The position numbers and the translations under genes are program-made. 64,000 nt of DNA from Balanoglossus misakiensis (Eukaryota; Animalia; Hemichordata), in assembly GCA_040954595.2 (NCBI GenBank), contig CM082586.2:6062509-6126508 (forward strand). Direction: 5' to 3'. The notes beneath the pieces are model-generated. The model saw nothing but the letters and a program-made list of their open reading frames with translations, was not told the origin of the DNA and made no database searches. Positions 26,526 to 39,200 of this stretch are shown one piece after another. Position 1 is the first letter of the stretch. The number at the start of each line of letters is the position of its first letter.

Positions 26526-26930
26526 CGATGCTTTGGAATGTCACGCACGCTCATCGTGGACAGTCAGGCGTATAAATCATGACATTCTCGATGTAAGAGC
26601 AAATTGACCGAGAAATAAAACTCCGTACTAGCCTATTTGCATTCTGTCTAAGACACCACCAGTTGTGAGTGCGTCTTGGAATTGCCTCGTCATTTGGAAG
26701 GCGATGGTGTGATAGAACTAACCCATATGACAGAGGCAATTGTTACGCAAATGAAGTTTTCATGCAATAAAACAAGGCTGTCATTGACTCCATAGAGTTA
26801 ATGTTTCGAATGACACCCAGCCATGTGTTGGCGAAGGCGTGGCTTCAAAGGATATCTGAAGTTGATGGCAGGGGTAAGTAGTACCATTAACAGTGTGTTT
26901 TACGGTAGTTCACTGCTTGCACTCTGCCAA

Positions 26931-27250
26931 GTCATCAAAAAATGATAATTTTTCGACTTTGAAAATTTTCAAAAAAATTTCATATTTGATAAAAAAATTA
27001 TGGGTTATAGCTCATGAAAATCACCATAAAATGACCATTTTTCGACATTACGAAATCTCAAAATTTCGTCGATTTTTGAAAAAAATCATGGGTTATAGCT
27101 CATGAAAATAATCAAAACATGACAAATTTTCGACTTTAAAATTTTTCAAAAATTCTTCATTTTTAATAAAAAAATCATGGGTTATAGCTCATGAAAATCA
27201 TCAAAAAATGACAATTTTTCGACTGTGAAAATTTTCAAAAATTCTTCATA
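26931..27250 (-). repeat. About 3.6 diverged copies of the 88-bp satellite in inverted orientation
   Basis: Units such as CATGGGTTATAGCTCATGAAAATCATCAAAAAATGACAATTTTTCGAC are reverse complements of the main array unit, with many substitutions. Confidence 0.9.
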
Positions 27251-30200
27251 TTCACAGTCGAAAAATTGTCATTTTTGGATGATTTTCATGGGCTATAACC
27301 CATGCTTTTTTCAAAAAAATGAAGAAATTTTGATATCTCGGAAAGTCGAAAAATTGTCATTTTTGGATGATTTTCATGGGCTATAACCCATGCTTTTTTC
27401 AAAAAAATGAAGAAATTTTGATATCTCGGAAAGTCGAAAAATTGTCATTTTTGGATGATTTTCATGGGCTATAACCCATGCTTTTTTCAAAAAAATGAAG
27501 AAATTTTGATATCTCGGAAAGTCGAAAAATTGTCATTTTTGGATGATTTTCATGGGCTATAACCCATGCTTTTTTCAAAAAAATGAAGAAATTTTGATAT
27601 CTCGGAAAGTCGAAAAATTGTCATTTTTGGATGATTTTCATGGGCTATAACCCATGCTTTTTTCAAAAAAATGAAGAAATTTTGATATCTCGGAAAGTCG
27701 AAAAATTGTCATTTTTGGATGATTTTCATGGGCTATAACCCATGCTTTTTTCAAAAAAATGAAGAAATTTTGATATCTCGGAAAGTCGAAAAATTGTCAT
27801 TTTTGGATGATTTTCATGGGCTATAACCCATGCTTTTTTCAAAAAAATGAAGAAATTTTGATGTCTCGGAAAGTCGAAAAATTGTCATTTTTGGATGATT
27901 TTCATGGGCTATAACCCATGCTTTTTTCAAAAAAATGAAGAAATTTTGATGTCTCGGAAAGTCGAAAAATTGTCATTTTTGGATGATTTTCATGGGCTAT
28001 AACCCATGCTTTTTTCAAAAAAATGAAGAAATTTTGATGTCTCGGAAAGTCGAAAAATTGTCATTTTTGGATGATTTTCATGGGCTATAACCCATGCTTT
28101 TTTTCAAAAAAATGAAGAAATTTTGATGTCTCGAAAAGTCGAAAAATTGTCATTTTTGGATGATTTTCATGGGCTATAACCCATGCTTTTTTCAAAAAAA
28201 TGAAGAAATTTTGATGTCTCGGAAAGTCGAAAAATTGTCATTTTTGGATGATTTTCATGGGCTATAACCCATGCTTTTTTCAAAAAAATGAAGAAATTTT
28301 GATATCTCGGAAAGTCGAAAAATTGTCATTTTTGGATGATTTTCATGGGCTATAACCCATGCTTTTTTCAAAAAAATGAAGAAATTTTGATATCTCGGAA
28401 AGTCGAAAAATTGTCATTTTTGGATGATTTTCATGGGCTATAACCCATGCTTTTTTCAAAAAAATGAAGAAATTTTGATATCTCGGAAAGTCGAAAAATT
28501 GTCATTTTTGGTTGATTTTCATGGGCTATAACCCATGCTTTTTTCAAAAAAATGAAGAAATTTTGATATCTCGGAAAGTCGAAAAATTGTCATTTTTGGT
28601 TGATTTTCATGGGCTATAACCCATGCTTTTTTCAAAAAAATGAAGAAATTTTGATATCTCGGAAAGTCGGAAAATTGTCATTTTTGGATGATTTTCATGG
28701 GCTATAACCCATGCTTTTTTCAAAAAAATGAAGAAATTTTGATATCTCGGAAAGTCGGAAAATTGTCATTTTTGGATGATTTTCATGGGCTATAACCCAT
28801 GCTTTTTTCAAAAAAATGAAGAAATTTTGATATCTCGGAAAGTCGGAAAATTGTCATTTTTGGATGATTTTCATGGGCTATAACCCATGCTTTTTTCAAA
28901 AAAATGAAGAAATTTTGATATCTCGGAAAGTCGGAAAATTGTCATTTTTGGATGATTTTCATGGGCTATAACCCATGCTTTTTTCAAAAAAATGAAGAAA
29001 TTTTGATATCTCGGAAAGTCGGAAAATTGTCATTTTTGGATGATTTTCATGGGCTATAACCCATGCTTTTTTCAAAAAAATGAAGAAATTTTGATATCTC
29101 GGAAAGTCGAAACATTGTCATTTTTGGATGATTTTCATGGGCTATAACCCATGCTTTTTTCAAAAAAATGAAGAAATTTTGATATCTCGGAAAGTCGAAA
29201 AATTGTCATTTTTGGATGATTTTCATGGGCTATAACCCATGCTTTTTTCAAAAAAATGAAGAAATTTTGATATCTCGGAAAGTCGAAAAATTGTCATTTT
29301 TGGATGATTTTCATGGGCTATAACCCATGCTTTTTTCAAAAAAATGAAGAAATTTTGATATCTCGGAAAGTCGAAAAATTGTCATTTTTGGATGACTTTC
29401 ATGGGCTATAACCCATGCTTTTTTCAAAAAAATGAAGAAATTTTGATATCTCGGAAAGTCGAAAAATTGTCATTTTTGGATGATTTTCATGGGCTATAAC
29501 CCATGCTTTTTTCAAAAAAATGAAGAAATTTTGATATCTCGGAAAGTCGAAAAATTGTCATTTTTGGTTGATTTTCATGGGCTATAACCCATGCTTTTTT
29601 CAAAAAAATGAAGAAATTTTGATATCTCGGAAAGTCGAAAAATTGTCATTTTTGGATGATTTTCATGGGCTATAACCCATGCTTTTTCAAAAAAATGAAG
29701 AAATTTTGATATCTCGGAAAGTCGGAAAATTGTCATTTTTGGATGATTTTCATGGGCTATAACCCATGCTTTTTTCAAAAAAATGAAGAAATTTTGATAT
29801 CTCGGAAAGTCGGAAAATTGTCATTTTTGGATGATTTTCATGGGCTATAACCCATGCTTTTTTCAAAAAAATGAAGAAATTTTGATATCTCGGAAAGTCG
29901 GAAAATTGTCATTTTTGGATGATTTTCATGGGCTATAACCCATGCTTTTTTCAAAAAAATGAAGAAATTTTGATATCTCGGAAAGTCGGAAAATTGTCAT
30001 TTTTGGATGATTTTCATGGGCTATAACCCATGCTTTTTTCAAAAAAATGAAGAAATTTTGATATCTCGGAAAGTCGGAAAATTGTCATTTTTGGATGATT
30101 TTCATGGGCTATAACCCATGCTTTTTTCAAAAAAATGAAGAAATTTTGATATCTCGGAAAGTCGGAAAATTGTCATTTTTGGATGATTTTCATGGGCTAT

Positions 30201-33200
30201 AACCCATGCTTTTTTCAAAAAAATGAAGAAATTTTGATATCTCGGAAAGTCGAAAAATTGTCATTTTTGGATGATTTTCATGGGCTATAACCCATGCTTT
30301 TTTCAAAAAAATGAAGAAATTTTGATATCTCGGAAAGTCGAAAAATTGTCATTTTTGGATGATTTTCATGGGCTATAACCCATGCTTTTTTCAAAAAAAT
30401 GAAGAAATTTTGATATCTCGGAAAGTCGAAAAATTGTCATTTTTGGATGATTTTCATGGGCTATAACCCATGCTTTTTTCAAAAAAATGAAGAAATTTTG
30501 ATATCTCGGAAAGTCGAAAAATTGTCATTTTTGGTTGATTTTCATGGGCTATAACCCATGCTTTTTTCAAAAAAATGAAGAAATTTTGATATCTCGGAAA
30601 GTCGAAAAATTGTCATTTTTGGATGATTTTCATGGGCTATAACCCATGCTTTTTTCAAAAAAATGAAGAAATTTTGATATCTCGGAAAGTCGAAAAATTG
30701 TCATTTTTGGATGATTTTCATGGGCTATAACCCATGCTTTTTTCAAAAAAATGAAGAAATTTTGATATCTCGGAAAGTCGAAAAATTGTCATTTTTGGAT
30801 GATTTTCATGGGCTATAACCCATGCTTTTTTCAAAAAAATGAAGAAATTTTGATATCTCGGAAAGTCGAAAAATTGTCATTTTTGGATGATTTTCATGGG
30901 CTATAACCCATGCTTTTTTCAAAAAAATGAAGAAATTTTGATATCTCGGAAAGTCGAAAAATTGTCATTTTTGGTTGATTTTCATGGGCTATAACCCATG
31001 CTTTTTTCAAAAAAATGAAGAAATTTTGATATCTCGGAAAGTCGAAAAATTGTCATTTTTGGATGATTTTCATGGGCTATAACCCATGCTTTTTTCAAAA
31101 AAATGAAGAAATTTTGATATCTCGGAAAGTCGAAAAATTGTCATTTTTGGATGATTTTCATGGGCTATAACCCATGCTTTTTTCAAAAAAATGAAGAAAT
31201 TTTGATATCTCGGAAAGTCGAAAAATTGTCATTTTTGGATGATTTTCATGGGCTATAACCCATGCTTTTTTCAAAAAAATGAAGAAATTTTGATATCTCG
31301 GAAAGTCGAAAAATTGTCATTTTTGGGTGATTTTCATGGGCTATAACCCATGCTTTTTTCAAAAAAATGAAGAAATTTTGATATCTCGGAAAGTCGAAAA
31401 ATTGTCATTTTTGGGTGATTTTCATGGGCTATAACCCATGCTTTTTTCAAAAAAATGAAGAAATTTTGATATCTCGGAAAGTCGAAAAATTGTCATTTTT
31501 GGGTGATTTTCATGGGCTATAACCCATGCTTTTTTCAAAAAAATGAAGAAATTTTGATATCTCGGAAAGTCGAAAAATTGTCATTTTTGGGTGATTTTCA
31601 TGGGCTATAACCCATGCTTTTTTCAAAAAAATGAAGAAATTTTGATATCTCGGAAAGTCGAAAAATTGTCATTTTTGGGTGATTTTCATGGGCTATAACC
31701 CATGCTTTTTTCAAAAAAATGAAGAAATTTTGATATCTCGGAAAGTCGAAAAATTGTCATTTTTGGGTGATTTTCATGGGCTATAACCCATGCTTTTTTC
31801 AAAAAAATGAAGAAATTTTGATATCTCGGAAAGTCGAAAAATTGTCATTTTTGGATGATTTTCATGGGCTATAACCCATGCTTTTTTCAAAAAAATGAAG
31901 AAATTTTGATATCTCGGAAAGTCGAAAAATTGTCATTTTTGGATGATTTTCATGGGCTATAACCCATGCTTTTTTCAAAAAAATGAAGAAATTTTGATAT
32001 CTCGGAAAGTCGAAAAATTGTCATTTTTGGATGATTTTCATGGGCTATAACCCATGCTTTTTTCAAAAAAATGAAGAAATTTTGATATCTCGGAAAGTCG
32101 AAAAATTGTCATTTTTGGATGATTTTCATGGGCTATAACCCATGCTTTTTTCAAAAAAATGAAGAAATTTTGATATCTCGGAAAGTCGAAAAATTGTCAT
32201 TTTTGGATGATTTTCATGGGCTATAACCCATGCTTTTTTCAAAAAAAAGAAGAAATTTTGATATCTCGGAAAGTCGAAAAATTGTCATTTTTGGTTGATT
32301 TTCATGGGCTATAACCCATGCTTTTTTCGAAAAAATGAAGAAATTTTGATATCTCGGAAAGTCGAAAAATTGTCATTTTTGGATGATTTTCATGGGCTAT
32401 AACCCATGCTTTTTTCAAAAAAATGAAGAAATTTTGATATCTCGGAAAGTCGAAAAATTGTCATTTTTGGATGATTTTCATGGGCTATAACCCATGCTTT
32501 TTTCAAAAAAATGAAGAAATTTTGATATCTCGGAAAGTCGAAAAATTGTCATTTTTGGTTGATTTTCATGGGCTATAACCCATGCTTTTTTCAAAAAAAT
32601 GAAGAAATTTTGATATCTCGGAAAGTCGGAAAATTGTCATTTTTGGATGATTTTCATGGGCTATAACCCATGCTTTTTTCAAAAAAATGAAGAAATTTTG
32701 ATATCTCGGAAAGTCGGAAAATTGTCATTTTTGGATGATTTTCATGGGCTATAACCCATGCTTTTTTCAAAAAAATGAAGAAATTTTGATATCTCGGAAA
32801 GTCGGAAAATTGTCATTTTTGGATGATTTTCATGGGCTATAACCCATGCTTTTTTCAAAAAAATGAAGAAATTTTGATATCTCGGAAAGTCGGAAAATTG
32901 TCATTTTTGGATGATTTTCATGGGCTATAACCCATGCTTTTTTCAAAAAAATGAAGAAATTTTGATATCTCGGAAAGTCGGAAAATTGTCATTTTTGGAT
33001 GATTTTCATGGGCTATAACCCATGCTTTTTTCAAAAAAATGAAGAAATTTTGATATCTCGGAAAGTCGGAAAATTGTCATTTTTGGATGATTTTCATGGG
33101 CTATAACCCATGCTTTTTTCAAAAAAATGAAGAAATTTTGATATCTCGGAAAGTCGAAAAATTGTCATTTTTGGATGATTTTCATGGGCTATAACCCATG

Positions 33201-36200
33201 CTTTTTTCAAAAAAATGAAGAAATTTTGATATCTCGGAAAGTCGAAAAATTGTCATTTTTGGATGATTTTCATGGGCTATAACCCATGCTTTTTTCAAAA
33301 AAATGAAGAAATTTTGATATCTCGGAAAGTCGAAAAATTGTCATTTTTGGATGATTTTCATGGGCTATAACCCATGCTTTTTTCAAAAAAATGAAGAAAT
33401 TTTGATATCTCGGAAAGTCGAAAAATTGTCATTTTTGGTTGATTTTCATGGGCTATAACCCATGCTTTTTTCAAAAAAATGAAGAAATTTTGATATCTCG
33501 GAAAGTCGAAAAATTGTCATTTTTGGATGATTTTCATGGGCTATAACCCATGCTTTTTTCAAAAAAATGAAGAAATTTTGATATCTCGGAAAGTCGAAAA
33601 ATTGTCATTTTTGGATGATTTTCATGGGCTATAACCCATGCTTTTTTCAAAAAAATGAAGAAATTTTGATATCTCGGAAAGTCGAAAAATTGTCATTTTT
33701 GGATGATTTTCATGGGCTATAACCCATGCTTTTTTCAAAAAAATGAAGAAATTTTGATATCTCGGAAAGTCGAAAAATTGTCATTTTTGGATGATTTTCA
33801 TGGGCTATAACCCATGCTTTTTTCAAAAAAATGAAGAAATTTTGATATCTCGGAAAGTCGAAAAATTGTCATTTTTGGGTGATTTTCATGGGCTATAACC
33901 CATGCTTTTTTCAAAAAAATGAAGAAATTTTGATATCTCGGAAAGTCGAAAAATTGTCATTTTTGGGTGATTTTCATGGGCTATAACCCATGCTTTTTTC
34001 AAAAAAATGAAGAAATTTTGATATCTCGGAAAGTCGAAAAATTGTCATTTTTGGGTGATTTTCATGGGCTATAACCCATGCTTTTTTCAAAAAAATGAAG
34101 AAATTTTGATATCTCGGAAAGTCGAAAAATTGTCATTTTTGGGTGATTTTCATGGGCTATAACCCATGCTTTTTTCAAAAAAATGAAGAAATTTTGATAT
34201 CTCGGAAAGTCGAAAAATTGTCATTTTTGGGTGATTTTCATGGGCTATAACCCATGCTTTTTTCAAAAAAATGAAGAAATTTTGATATCTCGGAAAGTCG
34301 AAAAATTGTCATTTTTGGGTGATTTTCATGGGCTATAACCCATGCTTTTTTCAAAAAAATGAAGAAATTTTGATATCTCGGAAAGTCGAAAAATTGTCAT
34401 TTTTGGGTGATTTTCATGGGCTATAACCCATGCTTTTTTCAAAAAAATGAAGAAATTTTGATATCTCGGAAAGTCGAAAAATTGTCATTTTTGGGTGATT
34501 TTCATGGGCTATAACCCATGCTTTTTTCAAAAAAATGAAGAAATTTTGATATCTCGGAAAGTCGAAAAATTGTTCATTTTTGGATGATTTTCATGGGCTA
34601 TAACCCATGCTTTTTTCAAAAAAATGAAGAAATTTTGATATCTCGGAAAGTCGAAAAATTGTCATTTTTGGATGATTTTCATGGGCTATAACCCATGCTT
34701 TTTTCAAAAAAATGAAGAAATTTTGATATCTCGGAAAGTCGAAAAATTGTCATTTTGGATGATTTTCATGGGCTATAACCCATGCTTTTTTCAAAAAAAT
34801 GAAGAAATTTTGATATCTCGGAAAGTCGAAAAATTGTCATTTTTGGATGATTTTCATGGGCTATAACCCATGCTTTTTTCAAAAAAATGAAGAAATTTTG
34901 ATATCTCGGAAAGTCGAAAAATTGTCATTTTTGGATGATTTTCATGGGCTATAACCCATGCTTTTTTCAAAAAAATGAAGAAATTTTGATATCTCGGAAA
35001 GTCGAAAAATTGTCATTTTTGGGTGATTTTCATGGGCTATAACCCATGCTTTTTTCAAAAAAATGAAGAAATTTTGATATCTCGGAAAGTCGAAAATTGT
35101 CATTTTTGGGTGATTTTCATGGGCTATAACCCATGCTTTTTTCAAAAAAATGAAGAAATTTTGATATCTCGGAAAGTCGAAAATTGTCATTTTTGGTTGA
35201 TTTTCATGGGCTATAACCCATGCTTTTTTCAAAAAAATGAAGAAATTTTGATATCTCGGAAAGTCGAAAAATTGTCATTTTTGGGTGATTTTCATGGGCT
35301 ATAACCCATGCTTTTTTCAAAAAAATGAAGAAATTTTGATATCTCGGAAAGTCGAAAAATTGTCATTTTTGGGTGATTTTCATGGGCTATAACCCATGCT
35401 TTTTTCAAAAAAATGAAGAAATTTTGATATCTCGGAAAGTCGAAAAATTGTCATTTTTGGGTGATTTTCATGGGCTATAACCCATGCTTTTTTCAAAAAA
35501 ATGAAGAAATTTTGATATCTCGGAAAGTCGAAAAATTGTCATTTTTGGGTGATTTTCATGGGCTATAACCCATGCTTTTTTCAAAATAATGAAGAAATTT
35601 TGATATCTCGGAAAGTCGAAAAATTGTCATTTTTGGGTGATTTTCATGGGCTATAACCCATGCTTTTTCAAAAAAATGAAGAAATTTTGATATCTCGGAA
35701 AGTCGAAAAATTGTCATTTTTGGGTGATTTTCATGGGCTATAACCCATGCTTTTTTCAAAAAAATGAAGAAATTTTGATATCTCGGAAAGTCGAAAAATT
35801 GTCATTTTTGGGTGATTTTCATGGGCTATAACCCATGCTTTTTTCAAAAAAATGAAGAAATTTTGATATCTCGGAAAGTCGAAAAATTGTCATTTTTGGG
35901 TGATTTTCATGGGCTATAACCCATGCTTTTTTCAAAAAAATGAAGAAATTTTGATATCTCGGAAAGTCGAAAAATTGTCATTTTTGGGTGATTTTCATGG
36001 GCTATAACCCATGCTTTTTTCAAAAAAAATGAAGGAAATTTTGATATCTCGGAAAGTCGAAAAATTGTCATTTTTGGGTGATTTTCATGGGCTATAACCC
36101 ATGCTTTTTTCAAAAAAATGAAGAAATTTTGATATCTCGGAAAGTCGAAAAATTGTCATTTTTGGGTGATTTTCATGGGCTATAACCCATGCTTTTTTCA

Positions 36201-39200
36201 AAAAAATGAAGAAATTTTGATATCTCGGAAAGTCGAAAAATTGTCATTTTTGGGTGATTTTCATGGGCTATAACCCATGCTTTTTTCAAAAAAATGAAGA
36301 AATTTTGATATCTCGGAAAGTCGAAAAATTGTCATTTTTGGGTGATTTTCATGGGCTATAACCCATGCTTTTTTCAAAAAAATGAAGAAATTTTGATATC
36401 TCGGAAAGTCGAAGAATTGTCATTTTTGGGTGATTTTCATGGGCTATAACCCATGCTTTTTTCAAAAAAATGAAGAAATTTTGATATCTCGGAAAGTCGA
36501 AAAATTGTCATTTTTGGGTGATTTTCATGGGCTATAACCCATGCTTTTTTCAAAAAAATGAAGAAATTTTGATATCTCGGAAAGTCGAAAAATTGTCATT
36601 TTTGGGTGATTTTCATGGGCTATAACCCATGCTTTTTTCAAAAAAATGAAGAAATTTTGATATCTCGGAAAGTCGAAAAATTGTCATTTTTGGATGATTT
36701 TCATGGGCTATAACCCATGCTTTTTTCAAAAAAATGAAGAAATTTTGATATCTCGGAAAGTCGAAAAATTGTCATTTTTGGATGATTTTTCATGGGCTAT
36801 AACCCATGCTTTTTTCAAAAAAATGAAGAAATTTTGATATCTCGGAAAGTCGAAAAATTGTCATTTTTGGATGATTTTCATGGGCTATAACCCATGCTTT
36901 TTTCAAAAAAATGAAGAAATTTTGATATCTCGGAAAGTCGAAAAATTGTCATTTTTGGGTGATTTTCATGGGCTATAACCCTCGAGATGTGTCTTTTTTC
37001 AAAAAAAAAATGAAGAATTTTTGATATCTCGGAAAGTCGAAAAATTGTCATTTTTGGGTGATTTTCATGGGCTATATTCAAAAAAATGAAGAAATTTTGA
37101 TATCTCGGAAAGTCGAAAAATTGTCATTTTTGGATGATTTTCATGGGCTATAACCCATGCTTTTTTCAAAAAAATGAAGAAATTTTGATATCTCGGAAAG
37201 TCGAAAAATTGTCATTTTTGGATGATTTTCATGGGCTATAACCCATGCTTTTTTCAAAAAAATGAAGAAATTTTGATATCTCGGAAAGTCGAAAAATTGT
37301 CATTTTTGGATGATTTTCATGGGCTATAACCCATGCTTTTTTCAAAAAAATGAAGAAATTTTGATATCTCGGAAAGTCGAAAAATTGTCATTTTTGGATG
37401 ATTTTCATGGGCTATAACCCATGCTTTTTTCAAAAAAATGAAGAAATTTTGATATCTCGGAAAGTCGAAAAATTGTCATTTTTGGATGATTTTCATGGGC
37501 TATAACCCATGCTTTTTTCAAAAAAATGAAGAAATTTTGATATCTCGGAAAGTCGAAAAATTGTCATTTTTGGATGATTTTCATGGGCTATAACCCATGC
37601 TTTTTTCAAAAAAATGAAGAAATTTTGATATCTCGGAAAGTCGAAAAATTGTCATTTTTGGATGATTTTCATGGGCTATAACCCATGCTTTTTTCAAAAA
37701 AATGAAGAAATTTTGATATCTCGGAAAGTCGAAAAATTGTCATTTTTGGATGATTTTCATGGGCTATAACCCATGCTTTTTTCAAAAAAATGAAGAAATT
37801 TTGATATCTCGGAAAGTCGAAAAATTGTCATTTTTGGATGATTTTCATGGGCTATAACCCATGCTTTTTTCAAAAAAATGAAGAAATTTTGATATCACGG
37901 AAAGTCGAAAAATTGTCATTTTTGGATGATTTTCATGGGCTATAACCCATGCTTTTTTCAAAAAAATGAAGAAATTTTGATATCTCGGAAAGTCGAAAAA
38001 TTGTCATTTTTGGATGATTTTCATGGGCTATAACCCATGCTTTTTTCAAAAAAATGAAGAAATTTTGATATCTCGGAAAGTCGAAAAATTGTCATTTTTG
38101 GATGATTTTCATGGGCTATAACCCATGCTTTTTTCAAAAAAATAAAGAAATTTTGATATCTCGGAAAGTCGAAAAATTGTCATTTTTGGATGATTTTCAT
38201 GGGCTATAACCCATGCTTTTTTCAAAAAAATGAAGAAATTTTGATATCTCGGAAAGTCGAAAAATTGTCATTTTTGGATGATTTTCATGGGCTATAACCC
38301 ATGCTTTTTTCAAAAAAATGAAGAAATTTTGATATCTCGGAAAGTCGAAAAATTGTCATTTTTGGATGATTTTCATGGGCTATAACCCATGCTTTTTTCA
38401 AAAAAATGAAGAAATTTTGATATCTCGGAAAGTCGAAAAATTGTCATTTTTGGATGATTTTCATGGGCTATATCCCATGCTTTTTTCAAAAAAATGAAGA
38501 AATTTTGATATCTCGGAAAGTCGAAAAATTGTCATTTTTGGATGATTTTCATGGGCTATAACCCATGCTTTTTTCAAAAAAATGAAGAAATTTTGATATC
38601 TCGGAAAGTCGAAAAATTGTCATTTTTGGGTGATTTTCATGGGCTATAACCCATGCTTTTTTCAAAAAAATGAAGAAATTTTGATATCTCGGAAAGTCGA
38701 AAAATTGTCATTTTTGGGTGATTTTCATGGGCTATAACCCATGCTTTTTTCAAAAAAATGAAGAAATTTTGATATCTCGGAAAGTCGAAAAATTGTCATT
38801 TTTGGGTGATTTTCATGGGCTATAACCCATGCTTTTTTCAAAAAAATGAAGAAATTTTGATATCTCGGAAAGTCGAAAAATTGTCATTTTTGGGTGATTT
38901 TCATGGGCTATAACCCATGCTTTTTTCAAAAAAATGAAGAAATTTTGATATCTCGGAAAGTCGAAAAATTGTCATTTTTGGGTGATTTTCATGGGCTATA
39001 ACCCATGCTTTTTTCAAAAAAATGAAGAAATTTTGATATCTCGGAAAGTCGAAAAATTGTCATTTTTGGGTGATTTTCATGGGCTATAACCCATGCTTTT
39101 TTCAAAATAATGAAGAAATTTTGATATCTCGGAAAGTCGAAAAATTGTCATTTTTGGGTGATTTTCATCGGCTATAACCCATGCTTTTTTCAAAAAAATG

